Position numbers and translations under genes: made by a program
Notes under the pieces: model-generated
What the model was told of the DNA's origin: nothing
What the model saw: only the letters and a program-made list of their open reading frames with translations
Database searches by the model: none
DNA from: Candidatus Cloacimonadales bacterium
GTDB taxonomy: Bacteria; Cloacimonadota; Cloacimonadia; G963667145
Direction: 5' to 3'
Length of the DNA stretch: 64,000 nt
Assembly: GCA_965228195.1 (NCBI GenBank)
Contig: OZ245797.1
Span: 1,417,771-1,481,770, forward strand
Shown here: positions 46,731 to 55,906 of the stretch, one piece after another
Layout: each line of letters starts with the position of its first letter
How positions within the stretch are numbered: the first letter of the stretch is position 1

Positions 46731-48216
46731 TAAACCGCTTTGGTTGCCGGTAATCTCGGCGCTGCTTTTGGCTTTGGCTCGACTAGATTTGGGGCTAGGA
46801 TTTTTGGTGTTTGTAGCTTTTGTGCCCTTGTGTTTTTGGCTATCTTTGCCCAAAAAAAATAAGAGGTTGTGGCAAGCAGCCGCTCTTTTCAGCGTCTGTT
46901 TCAACGGAATTTATCTCTACTGGATAGCTTATGTGAGCTTTTGGGGTTATGTGGGTATCGTCCTATTTTTCATCCTCTATTTTGCCCTTATCTTCGCTTT
47001 GATTCAGCAGAGCTGGCGCAAGTTCCCAAGGCTTAAGTTCCTTGCTTTTGCCACTTTTTGGATATCTTTGGAACTTTATATGAACTACACCGAGCTGGCT
47101 TTTCCTTGGATTTGCTTGGGCTACTCGCTGGCGGACTACCTCTGTCTGATTCAGCCGGTCTGTTGGGGCGGAATGAGCGTTTTGTCTTTGGGGATAATCG
47201 CCGTCAACTACTGTGTGTTCTCTTATCTGACTACAAAAAGAAGGCGATTTTTGGTTGGAGGGTTGGCTATCTTGGTGGTGTGGTCGCTTTTGGGACTTTA
47301 CCTTTATCAAGCTACCAAGGTCAGAGCGGTTGACAAGAAGGTGGCAATCTTGCAACCCAACATTCCTTTGGCGGTGAAGCACAGTTTTGGTGCCAACGCC
47401 AAGATGTTGCAAAAATATGAGAAACAGTTAGATAAGTTAAGTGGTCAAGAGGTCGATTTGGTTTTGCTCCCCGAGAGCGCGATCATGGGATTTCCTTTGC
47501 ACAGCCAGCCGCTGGCGCAAAGAGTAAAGATGATGAGCCAAAAAACAGATGCTACCCTGTTTTTGGGATTTTTGGATTATAAGCTCACCGACACGAGGGT
47601 GGAGTATACCAACTCTTGCTCGATGATCGATACGGCTGGGAAGATACTGCCTATTTACAGCAAAAACATCTTGGTGCCGCTGGGTGAGCGGGTGCCTTTT
47701 TTAGATTTGTTCCCTTTCTTGTGGAACTTGAAACTGGGGCAAGCCAACTGGGAGTATGGACAAGGGGTTAAGTTTTACCGCCTAGACAACTATGTTTACT
47801 CGCCCATAATCTGCTACGAGATCGCTTTTGCCCGTCACTTGCGCAAACTTGCCAGGGCTGACTTCATCGTCAATTTGACCAACGACGCTTGGTTTGGCAG
47901 ATCGGTGGGAGCCACCCAACATATGCAGATGACCATCTTCAGGGCAATCGAGTTAAGGCGAGCCATCTACAGATGCGCCAACACGGGCTATTCGCTCATC
48001 GTTTTGCCCACGGGCGAGGTTTTGCAAAAGTCACCCCTGTTTTCCGATAAAATCATCGTGGAGAAGCTTTATTTGAGTCAGACGGACTCCTTTTACTCTC
48101 GCATAAATTTGGAGTTTATCTGGGTGATTTTGGCTTTGTTGTTTTGCGGGGGACTCTTGGGCAAGAGCAAACTTTTTAAAAAAATGTTAAGACGCTATAA
48201 GGAAAGTAAGAAATGA
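46714..48216 (+). CDS. lnt: Apolipoprotein N-acyltransferase
   Basis: 500 aa with an N-terminal polytopic domain and a CN-hydrolase domain (LPESA, ICYE). Confidence 0.85.
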   Translation: MFMKIDKPLWLPVISALLLALARLDLGLGFLVFVAFVPLCFWLSLPKKNKRLWQAAALFSVCFNGIYLYWIAYVSFWGYVGIVLFFILYFALIFALIQQSWRKFPRLKFLAFATFWISLELYMNYTELAFPWICLGYSLADYLCLIQPVCWGGMSVLSLGIIAVNYCVFSYLTTKRRRFLVGGLAILVVWSLLGLYLYQATKVRAVDKKVAILQPNIPLAVKHSFGANAKMLQKYEKQLDKLSGQEVDLVLLPESAIMGFPLHSQPLAQRVKMMSQKTDATLFLGFLDYKLTDTRVEYTNSCSMIDTAGKILPIYSKNILVPLGERVPFLDLFPFLWNLKLGQANWEYGQGVKFYRLDNYVYSPIICYEIAFARHLRKLARADFIVNLTNDAWFGRSVGATQHMQMTIFRAIELRRAIYRCANTGYSLIVLPTGEVLQKSPLFSDKIIVEKLYLSQTDSFYSRINLEFIWVILALLFCGGLLGKSKLFKKMLRRYKESKK

Positions 48217-48806
48217 AAAAGTTTATCGCTGAGTTAGCCAGCAAAGCCCCGACTCCGGGTGGAGGTTCGGCTGGATGTGTGGTAGGAGCCATCGGGGTGG
48301 CAGCAGCGAAGATGGTGCTTAACCTCACCAGGGGCAAAAAAAAATATTTGCAGTTTGAACAGAGCAATTTCGAGGCTTGGCAAGAGCTAGAGTGTTTGGC
48401 AAAAGAGTTTTTGCTTCTAAAGGACAAAGACGAGCAGGTTTTCGAGCTGGTCAGCCGAGCTTACGCCTTACCCAAAGGAGACAAGAAAAGTCAAGAGCTA
48501 CAAACAGCTCTAAAGACGGCGATGCAGCCGCCTTACTCGGCTCTGGAGATATCTTTGCGCAGCCTGGAGATCGTGCAAGGTTTGCTCAAAACGACTAACT
48601 CCAACCTGATTAGCGATTTAGCCGTGGCAGCAGTAAGCTTAGAAGCGGCAGCAAAAAGTTGCTATTTCAATGTGATGATCAACATCAAGTATATAAAAGA
48701 TGAGGAGTTTTGCAATTTTTGGACTCAGAAGGCAAACGCCTGTTACAAAGACGCTTTGGGCATAAGCCAGACGGTGCAAGCCAAGATTTTGCAAAAGATA
48801 ATTTAA
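48213..48806 (+). CDS. Cyclodeaminase/cyclohydrolase family protein (FTCD C-terminal-like)
   Basis: LASKAPTPGGGSAGCVVGAIGVAAAKMV signature. Confidence 0.75.
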   Translation: MKKFIAELASKAPTPGGGSAGCVVGAIGVAAAKMVLNLTRGKKKYLQFEQSNFEAWQELECLAKEFLLLKDKDEQVFELVSRAYALPKGDKKSQELQTALKTAMQPPYSALEISLRSLEIVQGLLKTTNSNLISDLAVAAVSLEAAAKSCYFNVMINIKYIKDEEFCNFWTQKANACYKDALGISQTVQAKILQKII

Positions 48807-48825
48807 AGATAACGGAGAGACGAAT

Positions 48826-49785
48826 ATGTTTACGATTTTGACTGGAGGAGCCGGATTTATCGGGGCAAACATCTTGCGCGAGCTGAACAAAAGAGGCACA
48901 GACAACATCATCGTGGTGGACAACCTAGGCAAGAGTTCCAAGTGGAAAAATCTGGTCGGCTGTAAGTTTGAGAACTATTTTAACAAACAAGAGTTTTACG
49001 ATTTGATAAACGACGATTTTCACTATTTCGGCAAGATAAAGTCGGTAATCCATATGGGGGCTTGCTCGGCAACCACCGAAGAAGATATGGACTACCTGAT
49101 GCACAACAACTTGCACTACTCGCAGTTGATGTTCAATCTAGCCCAAGAACACGGAGCTCCTTTTGTTTACGCCTCTTCGGCTGCCACTTATGGCGATGGA
49201 GCTTTCGGTTTCGACGATGAGCAAGATATTTTTCGCCTTCGTCCGATTAACCGCTATGGCTACTCCAAACAGCTTTTTGACACTTGGCTGGATAAAAATG
49301 GATACTGGTCTAAGGCGATAGGGGTGAAATTTTTCAATGTGTTCGGTCCACGGGAAGACCACAAAGGCTCGATGGTGTCGATGGCGTATCGTGGCTATCG
49401 GCAGATAGAAGAGACAGGCAAGATAAAGCTTTTTGCCTCCGACCACCCAGACTATGAAAACGGTGAGCAGCAGCGAGACTTTATCTATGTCAAAGATTGT
49501 GCCAGAGCGGTTTGTGATTTGGCAGAAGGCAAGCATATCGGCGGGCTTTACAATCTAGGCACCGGCGTGGCTCACTCTTGGAACGATTTGGCAGAAGCTA
49601 TCTTTGTCGCCGTCGGCAAGAAGAAAAAGATCGAATACATTCCTATGCCCGAAAAACTCAAAGGCTCTTACCAATACTTTACCAAAGCAAAGATGAGCAA
49701 GTTGGCTTTTGTGTTGCCCGATTTTAAGTTCACCAGCCTTGCGGACGCCGTGAGAGATTATGTGGAAAACTACTTACAAAAATAA
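48826..49785 (+). CDS. hldD: ADP-L-glycero-D-manno-heptose 6-epimerase
   Basis: ILTGGAGFIGANI, VVDNL, YGYSK, and SDR extended-family layout. Confidence 0.8.
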   Translation: MFTILTGGAGFIGANILRELNKRGTDNIIVVDNLGKSSKWKNLVGCKFENYFNKQEFYDLINDDFHYFGKIKSVIHMGACSATTEEDMDYLMHNNLHYSQLMFNLAQEHGAPFVYASSAATYGDGAFGFDDEQDIFRLRPINRYGYSKQLFDTWLDKNGYWSKAIGVKFFNVFGPREDHKGSMVSMAYRGYRQIEETGKIKLFASDHPDYENGEQQRDFIYVKDCARAVCDLAEGKHIGGLYNLGTGVAHSWNDLAEAIFVAVGKKKKIEYIPMPEKLKGSYQYFTKAKMSKLAFVLPDFKFTSLADAVRDYVENYLQK

Positions 49786-49972
49786 GATGAAAAATTTTTT
49801 CTTTAGCAAGTACGAAAAGGAGACTTATAAGGTTATTCCTGACGATATCTAGTGGTGGTGTAATTTTTTTTTGTGACAAATCGGTTGAAAGAAAAAGACA
49901 CAAGTTTTGCTGATTGCTCGATCTTGAGAAAATCAGATTTGTGTTGTAAATTTTATGATTTAAGGAGAAAAA

Positions 49973-51352
49973 ATGAAGATTATACCCGAACCTTTTAAGA
50001 TAAAGATGGTCGAGCCACTGCAGATGATAGATCGCCAAGCCAGAGAGAAATCTCTTGTTAAGGCTGGCTACAACCCCTTCTCACTCAAGGCTGAGCAGGT
50101 TTTTATCGACCTGCTTACAGACAGTGGCACGGGCGCTATGAGCGACAGGCAATGGGCAGGCCTTATGATGGGCGACGAGTCTTATGCGGGCAGTCGCAAC
50201 TTCTACAACTTTCAAAAATCGGCACAAGATGTTTTTGGCTATGAGTATATCATCCCCACGCATCAAGGCAGAGGCGCCGAGCAGATCCTTTTCCCGCAGT
50301 TGATCAATAAAAAAGGTGACTACTTCATCAGCAATATGCACTTCGACACCACCAAAGCTCATGTGGAGCTGTGCGGAGGCGTGGCTATCAACGCCATTAC
50401 CCCCAAAGCTTTGGACACCGCTACTTACGACGACTGGAAGGGGAATTTTGATTTGGCGAAGTTGGAGCAGATCATCTTCGAGAAAGGCGCCGAGAATGTG
50501 GCAGCCATCATCATTACCATCACCTGCAACTCTAGTGGTGGACAGCCGGTGTCGATGGAGAATATCAAAGCCGTCAGCAAGATTGCCAAAAAAAATAAGG
50601 TGCCGGTGGTGTTCGATTCGGCACGCTTCGCCGAGAACGCCTACTTCATCAAACAAAGAGACCCCAAATACAAAAACAGGAGCATCGCCGAGATAGTCAA
50701 AGAGATTTACTCTTATGGTGATTGCCTTACTTGCTCGGCAAAAAAAGACGCCATCGTGAACATGGGAGGCTTAATCGGGATCAAAAAGAGCCGCGAGTTA
50801 TTCGACGCTTGCCGCTCCTATCTGGTGCCTATGGAAGGTTTTCCCACTTATGGTGGACTCAACGGTAGAGATATGGAAGCCGTGGCTGTTGGACTCAAAG
50901 AGGGCATCGAGTTCGACTATCTGCACTCTCGCATTGGGCAGGTCAAGTTTTTGGGCGATTTGCTCAAAGAGGCTGGAGTGCCGATTCAGTATCCTACTGG
51001 AGGTCACGCCGTATTTGTCGATTGTGCCAAAATCTGCCCGCACATTCCTTTCGATCAGTTTCCCGCTCAAGCGGTGTGTAACGCCGTTTACTTAGAAGGC
51101 GGAGTCAGAGCCGTGGAGATTGGTTCGTTTTTGTTGGGACGCGATCCAGTCACTGGCGAAAATCTCCGCTCCGATTTGGAGTTGATGCGCTTGACTATCC
51201 CACGCCGAGTTTACACCGATAACCATATGCGATACATCGCTCAAACCGTGATAGCCGTGGCAAATAGCGCCAAGAAACTCAAAGGGTTCGAGTTCGATTA
51301 TGAGCCTAAAGTGTTGCGCCACTTTACCGCCAGACTCAAACCAAAAAAATAG
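49973..51352 (+). CDS. tnaA: Beta-eliminating lyase: tryptophanase or tyrosine phenol-lyase
   Basis: 459 aa with [23 protein letters not shown] and SAKKDA (PLP lysine context). I cannot separate Trpase from TPL by eye. Confidence 0.85.
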   Translation: MKIIPEPFKIKMVEPLQMIDRQAREKSLVKAGYNPFSLKAEQVFIDLLTDSGTGAMSDRQWAGLMMGDESYAGSRNFYNFQKSAQDVFGYEYIIPTHQGRGAEQILFPQLINKKGDYFISNMHFDTTKAHVELCGGVAINAITPKALDTATYDDWKGNFDLAKLEQIIFEKGAENVAAIIITITCNSSGGQPVSMENIKAVSKIAKKNKVPVVFDSARFAENAYFIKQRDPKYKNRSIAEIVKEIYSYGDCLTCSAKKDAIVNMGGLIGIKKSRELFDACRSYLVPMEGFPTYGGLNGRDMEAVAVGLKEGIEFDYLHSRIGQVKFLGDLLKEAGVPIQYPTGGHAVFVDCAKICPHIPFDQFPAQAVCNAVYLEGGVRAVEIGSFLLGRDPVTGENLRSDLELMRLTIPRRVYTDNHMRYIAQTVIAVANSAKKLKGFEFDYEPKVLRHFTARLKPKK

Positions 51353-51374
51353 TAAAGACCGTTAGCTTTGTTTT

Positions 51375-51410
51375 CCTCCTCCTCAAGAATAAATTTGGGG
51401 AGGATTTTTT
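51375..51410 (+). terminator. Probable intrinsic terminator of tnaA
   Basis: A TCCTCC/GGAGGA stem followed by TTTTTT (51405-51410). Confidence 0.5.
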
Positions 51411-51430
51411 CGCCTAATAGGCGATGGCAT

Positions 51431-52052
51431 ATGACCACTAAAATATAGTCTTAAAATTATAGCTTCATTTTAGTGGTCATAAAATAAAAATTAAAGATGA
51501 AAAATGAAAAATTTCATCCAAACCCTTTTCCCACTGAGTGATGGTGCTAATTTTTTACACTTTTATTTTTAATTAACAATTATTCAATGTAATTTATCAA
51601 TTGCTTTGGAGCGGAAGCGACAAAGCCTGTGGTTCACCTACGATGAGCCCCTCTCTTTTCGTTGAGCGCTCAACGAAAAGAGAGGGGAGAGAAAAGAAAA
51701 CCGCTCCGCTTCAAAACGCCAGCGACGGGTCGTGAGATGTTTTAAGATTACCGTGGCGGGGAGCATCTCCGAGATTTGTTCCTGACTGGCTAATCACTTT
51801 GTTCTTTGCGTTTTCAACACCTTAAAGAGAGTGCCAAGTGTCTCTGCTCAACCGAGCAAGTGAAAACGGCTGACCCCGATGAAGCGGAGAGTGCCATCCC
51901 ACCCAGCTAGGCGGGAAGCTCCCTGCCCCTCCCACCCTCATTCCTAGCGGAAGCAGGAATCCATCAGTAGCACGATGCAAAAAAAAGTGCGGGCTTGGAA
52001 AGGGAAAAAAGCTCTAATTACTTAGTGGGAAAAGGATTGGGTGAATTTTTTG
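51431..52052. repeat. Composite structured repeat, copy B (hairpin-M1-M2-unique segment), bounded by ~32-bp imperfect inverted termini; MITE-like
   Basis: Hairpin 51431-51480. 51481-51895 is collinear with copy A. 51506-51539 is the imperfect reverse complement of 52020-52051. 40-bp palindrome at 51648-51687. Confidence 0.85.
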
Positions 52053-52059
52053 TTTGATA

Positions 52060-53793
52060 TTAAAACTTCAACTCTAACTTCGTTTCATAACAGTTATTAT
52101 ACTCTCCATAGTTATCTCTAATAGAAAGAATAAGCCTATAAACTCCACTTTGGTCACAATCAATAGAAATTTCAGGATTTTTTGTATAAGCAAAACTATT
52201 AACAACTTCATCACCAACATTCGGGTAAAATACAACTGTATATTTAAATTCCGAATAATCACAAGAATTTCCTAAATAGTTTAATATATTTTCATCTTTG
52301 TGTTCAAAATCTTGAAGTCTGAAAGTATAAATTCCTCTGTTTGAAATATCATTTTTTTGTCCTACTGTATAATAAATATAGTTTAAATCAAAATTTAAAC
52401 TGCTCGTAAAAAATTCTTGTTCAATAGGGAAATATTCTTTATCATCCAACACAATATACCGCAAGCTGGGCACCCGATTTTCCACCTCGAAGCTGAACAC
52501 CTTGCTGACTTCGTTGCCTTTATCGTCGGTGACGATCAATTTTATCTTGCCTTCACCGACAAATTCGTTGCAATAATATTGGGCATCATTCCCCATAGCC
52601 AATATCCTAAAATCTCCTGTAGGAGAAGCTTTATACCATTCAATATCTTCAATCGCAACATTCTCGTCTGCAGAGATATTGGCTGAGAGCTGCAAGGTGT
52701 CGCCCAGATAAAATGTCGAGCCGTTGCTGCCAATGTGAACAGTCGGAGCGTCAGCCGTGGTGATGTTCACATCGTAGGTTTTGCTTACCGTCACTCCATC
52801 GACTTGGTCATCTTTCACCGCTAAAGTGAGAGTGTATGAGCCTTCGTTGTCATAAGTGTGAGTTGCTGTTTGCCTGTAGCTTTTTTCACCATCGCCAAAA
52901 TCGATGTAATATTGCAAGTCTGCAGATTCGCCAGGAGTAGAACTCGACAAATCGATTTTCAATACAGCTGGGCTATATCCTTGCAAATCATCAGCTGATA
53001 CTGGTTGATCATCGATGTAAAATTCAGCGTCCAAAACAGGAGAATTTTGTGGAATATTGAAAGAAAGGCTCCGCATGTCGCTGATGTAATTTTCGTTATC
53101 GATAGCGTAGTAATCAACCGTGTAATCGCCTTTATAAGGCAAACTAAACACCTTTTCGTCAGCTGTAAAAGAGACCGAATCAACCCAATTATCATACTCT
53201 GAGCGGAGAACAGCTACATAGCTCTCAACTTGACCATCGCTATCGGTGGACTCCATTTTTAGCTTTATTTGTTTATCGCCTGCAGACACAAGCTCGTAAG
53301 AGGCGAACACAGAAGGTGATTTATTGTCATATATCTCTATTTTTTTAGATTCTGAATATTCTGTATTGCCTATTGTTATTGAATAAGTGAATTTTAGATC
53401 TCCAGGAACCCTAATATCTTTAATATTGATTGTGTTAATTGCTGAAGAAGAAAAAGGCTCGCTGCCACAAAGATATGTTTCAGAAGGTAAAACAAGACAG
53501 GAAGATTTTAAATTGTCAGAAGTTTGAATAATATAACCAGCACTATCTAAAGACGAAAATTCAGAAAAACTATCTGGAACAAATGACCATTGAAAAGCAA
53601 TATTGCCAGTCAACCCTTCTTCGTTAGTGATGTACCAAGAAAATTCCGTATTTGTAAAAACTCTAAGGCTCGAAGGAAATTCGGCAAAATTAACTCCATT
53701 TTTGGTATTTGAATTTTCAGCATCATCTTTAGAAGTTAGGTTACAACCAAATAATGGTATTAAAAATAAGATAGATAAATATCTTAATTTCAT
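52060..53793 (-). CDS. PKD-domain surface lipoprotein, paralogue 1
   Basis: Signal peptide plus lipobox (MKLRYLSILFLIPLFGC). PKD-type motif YYIDFGDGEKSY..THTYDNEGSYTLTLAVKDD. AT-rich. Confidence 0.8.
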   Translation of the reverse strand: MKLRYLSILFLIPLFGCNLTSKDDAENSNTKNGVNFAEFPSSLRVFTNTEFSWYITNEEGLTGNIAFQWSFVPDSFSEFSSLDSAGYIIQTSDNLKSSCLVLPSETYLCGSEPFSSSAINTINIKDIRVPGDLKFTYSITIGNTEYSESKKIEIYDNKSPSVFASYELVSAGDKQIKLKMESTDSDGQVESYVAVLRSEYDNWVDSVSFTADEKVFSLPYKGDYTVDYYAIDNENYISDMRSLSFNIPQNSPVLDAEFYIDDQPVSADDLQGYSPAVLKIDLSSSTPGESADLQYYIDFGDGEKSYRQTATHTYDNEGSYTLTLAVKDDQVDGVTVSKTYDVNITTADAPTVHIGSNGSTFYLGDTLQLSANISADENVAIEDIEWYKASPTGDFRILAMGNDAQYYCNEFVGEGKIKLIVTDDKGNEVSKVFSFEVENRVPSLRYIVLDDKEYFPIEQEFFTSSLNFDLNYIYYTVGQKNDISNRGIYTFRLQDFEHKDENILNYLGNSCDYSEFKYTVVFYPNVGDEVVNSFAYTKNPEISIDCDQSGVYRLILSIRDNYGEYNNCYETKLELKF

Positions 53794-53889
53794 TTTTTGC
53801 TTTCTGTTTTATCTGTCAAACAACCCAGCAAAACCAAACAAACTCCTACCAAAAGCACAAAAAATTTATTCACTTCTCTTCTCCCTTTT

Positions 53890-55602
53890 TTATTTTATTC
53901 TTAAACAACTAATATATTGATTTTCTATTGATGTATAACTATCTCTAAAAGTCAAAAAAACTTTATAAAGTCCTTTCTGATCACAATCAAGATTGCTCAA
54001 ATTTGGGTTGCTACTCTCACCAAATTCCTTAATAACTTCATCGCCACTATCGGGATAAAAAACGACCGTATATTTAAACTTAGAGTAATCACAAGCGTTC
54101 CCGTTGGAATTGATTATTTCAGCATCTTTATGAGAAAATCCCGTCATTTCAAAGCTATATATCCCAGGATTATACGACTCATACGAAATATAATCAGTAT
54201 GAATTTCAGGACGAATTTTATATTCATAATCCCTCACCTTCTCCAAGCTCTCCTCATCAAGCTTAATATACCGCAAGCTCGGCACCCGATTCTCCACCTC
54301 GAAGCTAAACACCTTACTGACTTCGTTGCCTTTATCGTCGGTAACGATCAATTTTATCTTACCTATGCCCACAAACTCGTTGCAATAATAAGATGTTGAA
54401 ATATCATCAGAAAAAAATAAATATTCTGCACCATCAGCTTTCATTTTGTGCCATTGAATTTCTTTTATTTCTACACCCTCGTCTGCAGAGATATTGGCTG
54501 AAAGCTGTAAGGTGTCGCCCAGATGAAATGTCGAGCCGTTGCTGCCAATGTGAACAGTCGGAGCCTCAGCCATGGTGATGTTCACATCGTAGGTTTTGCT
54601 CACCGTCACTCCATCGACTTGGTCATCTTTCACCGCTAAAGTTAGAGTGTATGAGCCTTCGTTGGCATAAGTGTGAGTTGCTGTTTGCCCGTAGCTTTTT
54701 TTACCATCGCCAAAATCGATGTAATATTGCAGATCATCTGCTTCTCCAGGAATAGATCCAGATAAATCGACACTCAGCTTGGCAGGGGCAAATCCTGCAA
54801 TATCGGTAATGCTCTTGCCATCTAGCATAAAACTACCTTTCAGAGTAGGGCTAGCTTGAGTAATGTTAACTTCCAAGCTCCGCTTATCACTCAAATAACA
54901 ATCGTTATCTACCGCATAATAATCTACATCATATTTGCCCTTGTAAGGCAAACTAAACACCTTTTCGTCAGCTGTAAAAGAGACCGAATCAACCCAATTA
55001 TCATACTCTGAGCGGAAAACAGCAACATAATTCTCAACCTGACCGTCGCTATCGGTGGACTCCATTTTCAGTTTTATTTGTTTATCGTCTGCAGACACCA
55101 GCTCGTAAGAGGCGAACACAGAAGGTGATTTATTGTCATATATCTCTATTTTTTTAGATTCTGAATATTCTGTATTGCCTATTGTTATTGAATAGGTGAA
55201 GTTTAGATCTCCAGGAACCTTAATATCTTTAATATTGATTGTGTTAATTGCTGAAGAAGAAAAAGGCTCGCTGCCACAAAGATATGTTTCAGAAGGTAAA
55301 ACAAGACAGGAAGATTTTAAATTGTCAAAAGTTTGAATAATATAACCAGCACTATCTAAAGACGAAAATTCAGAAAAACTATCTGGAACAAATGACCATT
55401 GAAAAGCAATATTGCCATTCAACCCTTCTTCGTTAGTGATGTACCAAGAAAATTCCGTATTTGTAAAAACTCTAAGGCTCGAAGGAAATTCGGCAAAATT
55501 AACTCCATTTTTGGTATTTGAATTTTCAGCATCATCTTTAGAAGTTAGGTTACAACCAAATAATGGTATTAAAAATAAGATAGATAAATATCTTAATTTC
55601 AT
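53890..55602 (-). CDS. PKD-domain surface lipoprotein, paralogue 2
   Basis: Same signal/lipobox. The start is set at the MKLRYL ATG (55602), preceded by AAGGAAAG, rather than the tracked upstream ATG. Mosaic identity to paralogue 1. Confidence 0.8.
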   Translation of the reverse strand: MKLRYLSILFLIPLFGCNLTSKDDAENSNTKNGVNFAEFPSSLRVFTNTEFSWYITNEEGLNGNIAFQWSFVPDSFSEFSSLDSAGYIIQTFDNLKSSCLVLPSETYLCGSEPFSSSAINTINIKDIKVPGDLNFTYSITIGNTEYSESKKIEIYDNKSPSVFASYELVSADDKQIKLKMESTDSDGQVENYVAVFRSEYDNWVDSVSFTADEKVFSLPYKGKYDVDYYAVDNDCYLSDKRSLEVNITQASPTLKGSFMLDGKSITDIAGFAPAKLSVDLSGSIPGEADDLQYYIDFGDGKKSYGQTATHTYANEGSYTLTLAVKDDQVDGVTVSKTYDVNITMAEAPTVHIGSNGSTFHLGDTLQLSANISADEGVEIKEIQWHKMKADGAEYLFFSDDISTSYYCNEFVGIGKIKLIVTDDKGNEVSKVFSFEVENRVPSLRYIKLDEESLEKVRDYEYKIRPEIHTDYISYESYNPGIYSFEMTGFSHKDAEIINSNGNACDYSKFKYTVVFYPDSGDEVIKEFGESSNPNLSNLDCDQKGLYKVFLTFRDSYTSIENQYISCLRIK

Positions 55603-55906
55603 TTTTTGCTTTCCTTTATAAAAAAAGTTTGCTCTATTATTTTGAAAAATCACAATTAATGTAGATCATATTTACTGAAGAAATCAGCGGAAGTTTATTT
55701 TTTTTATTGTGCTTCCCTTTAGCATTTTAGAACTTGATTGCCTGTCAATAATTTTTTTTAGGACGAAATATTATATTTCCCTTATATAAGCCATCTAGCA
55801 AATCATAAAAAATCTCTTGACCTTTTTTTCGCTCTGCTTTTTTTTCGAGAATATTATAAAGATTGATCGAAGTGTTTGGCGTTGATAAAAAAGGAGTGTG
55901 AACCAA

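Noticed and set aside
49787-49852. 21-codon ORF (MKNFFFSKYEKETYKVIPDDI) upstream of tnaA as a TnaC-like leader peptide
   Set aside because: It has no Shine-Dalgarno and no Trp codon, and it starts 2 nt after the hldD stop. The resemblance to TnaC is limited to position. It is worth only a glance if the enzyme proves to be inducible.
52060-55602. Diversity-generating retroelement (template/variable repeat) explaining the lipoprotein differences
   Set aside because: The substitutions I checked in the near-identical blocks are not adenine-specific (for example ACT/AAT but also TCT/TTT). The divergence is blockwise rather than positional, and no reverse transcriptase is in the window.
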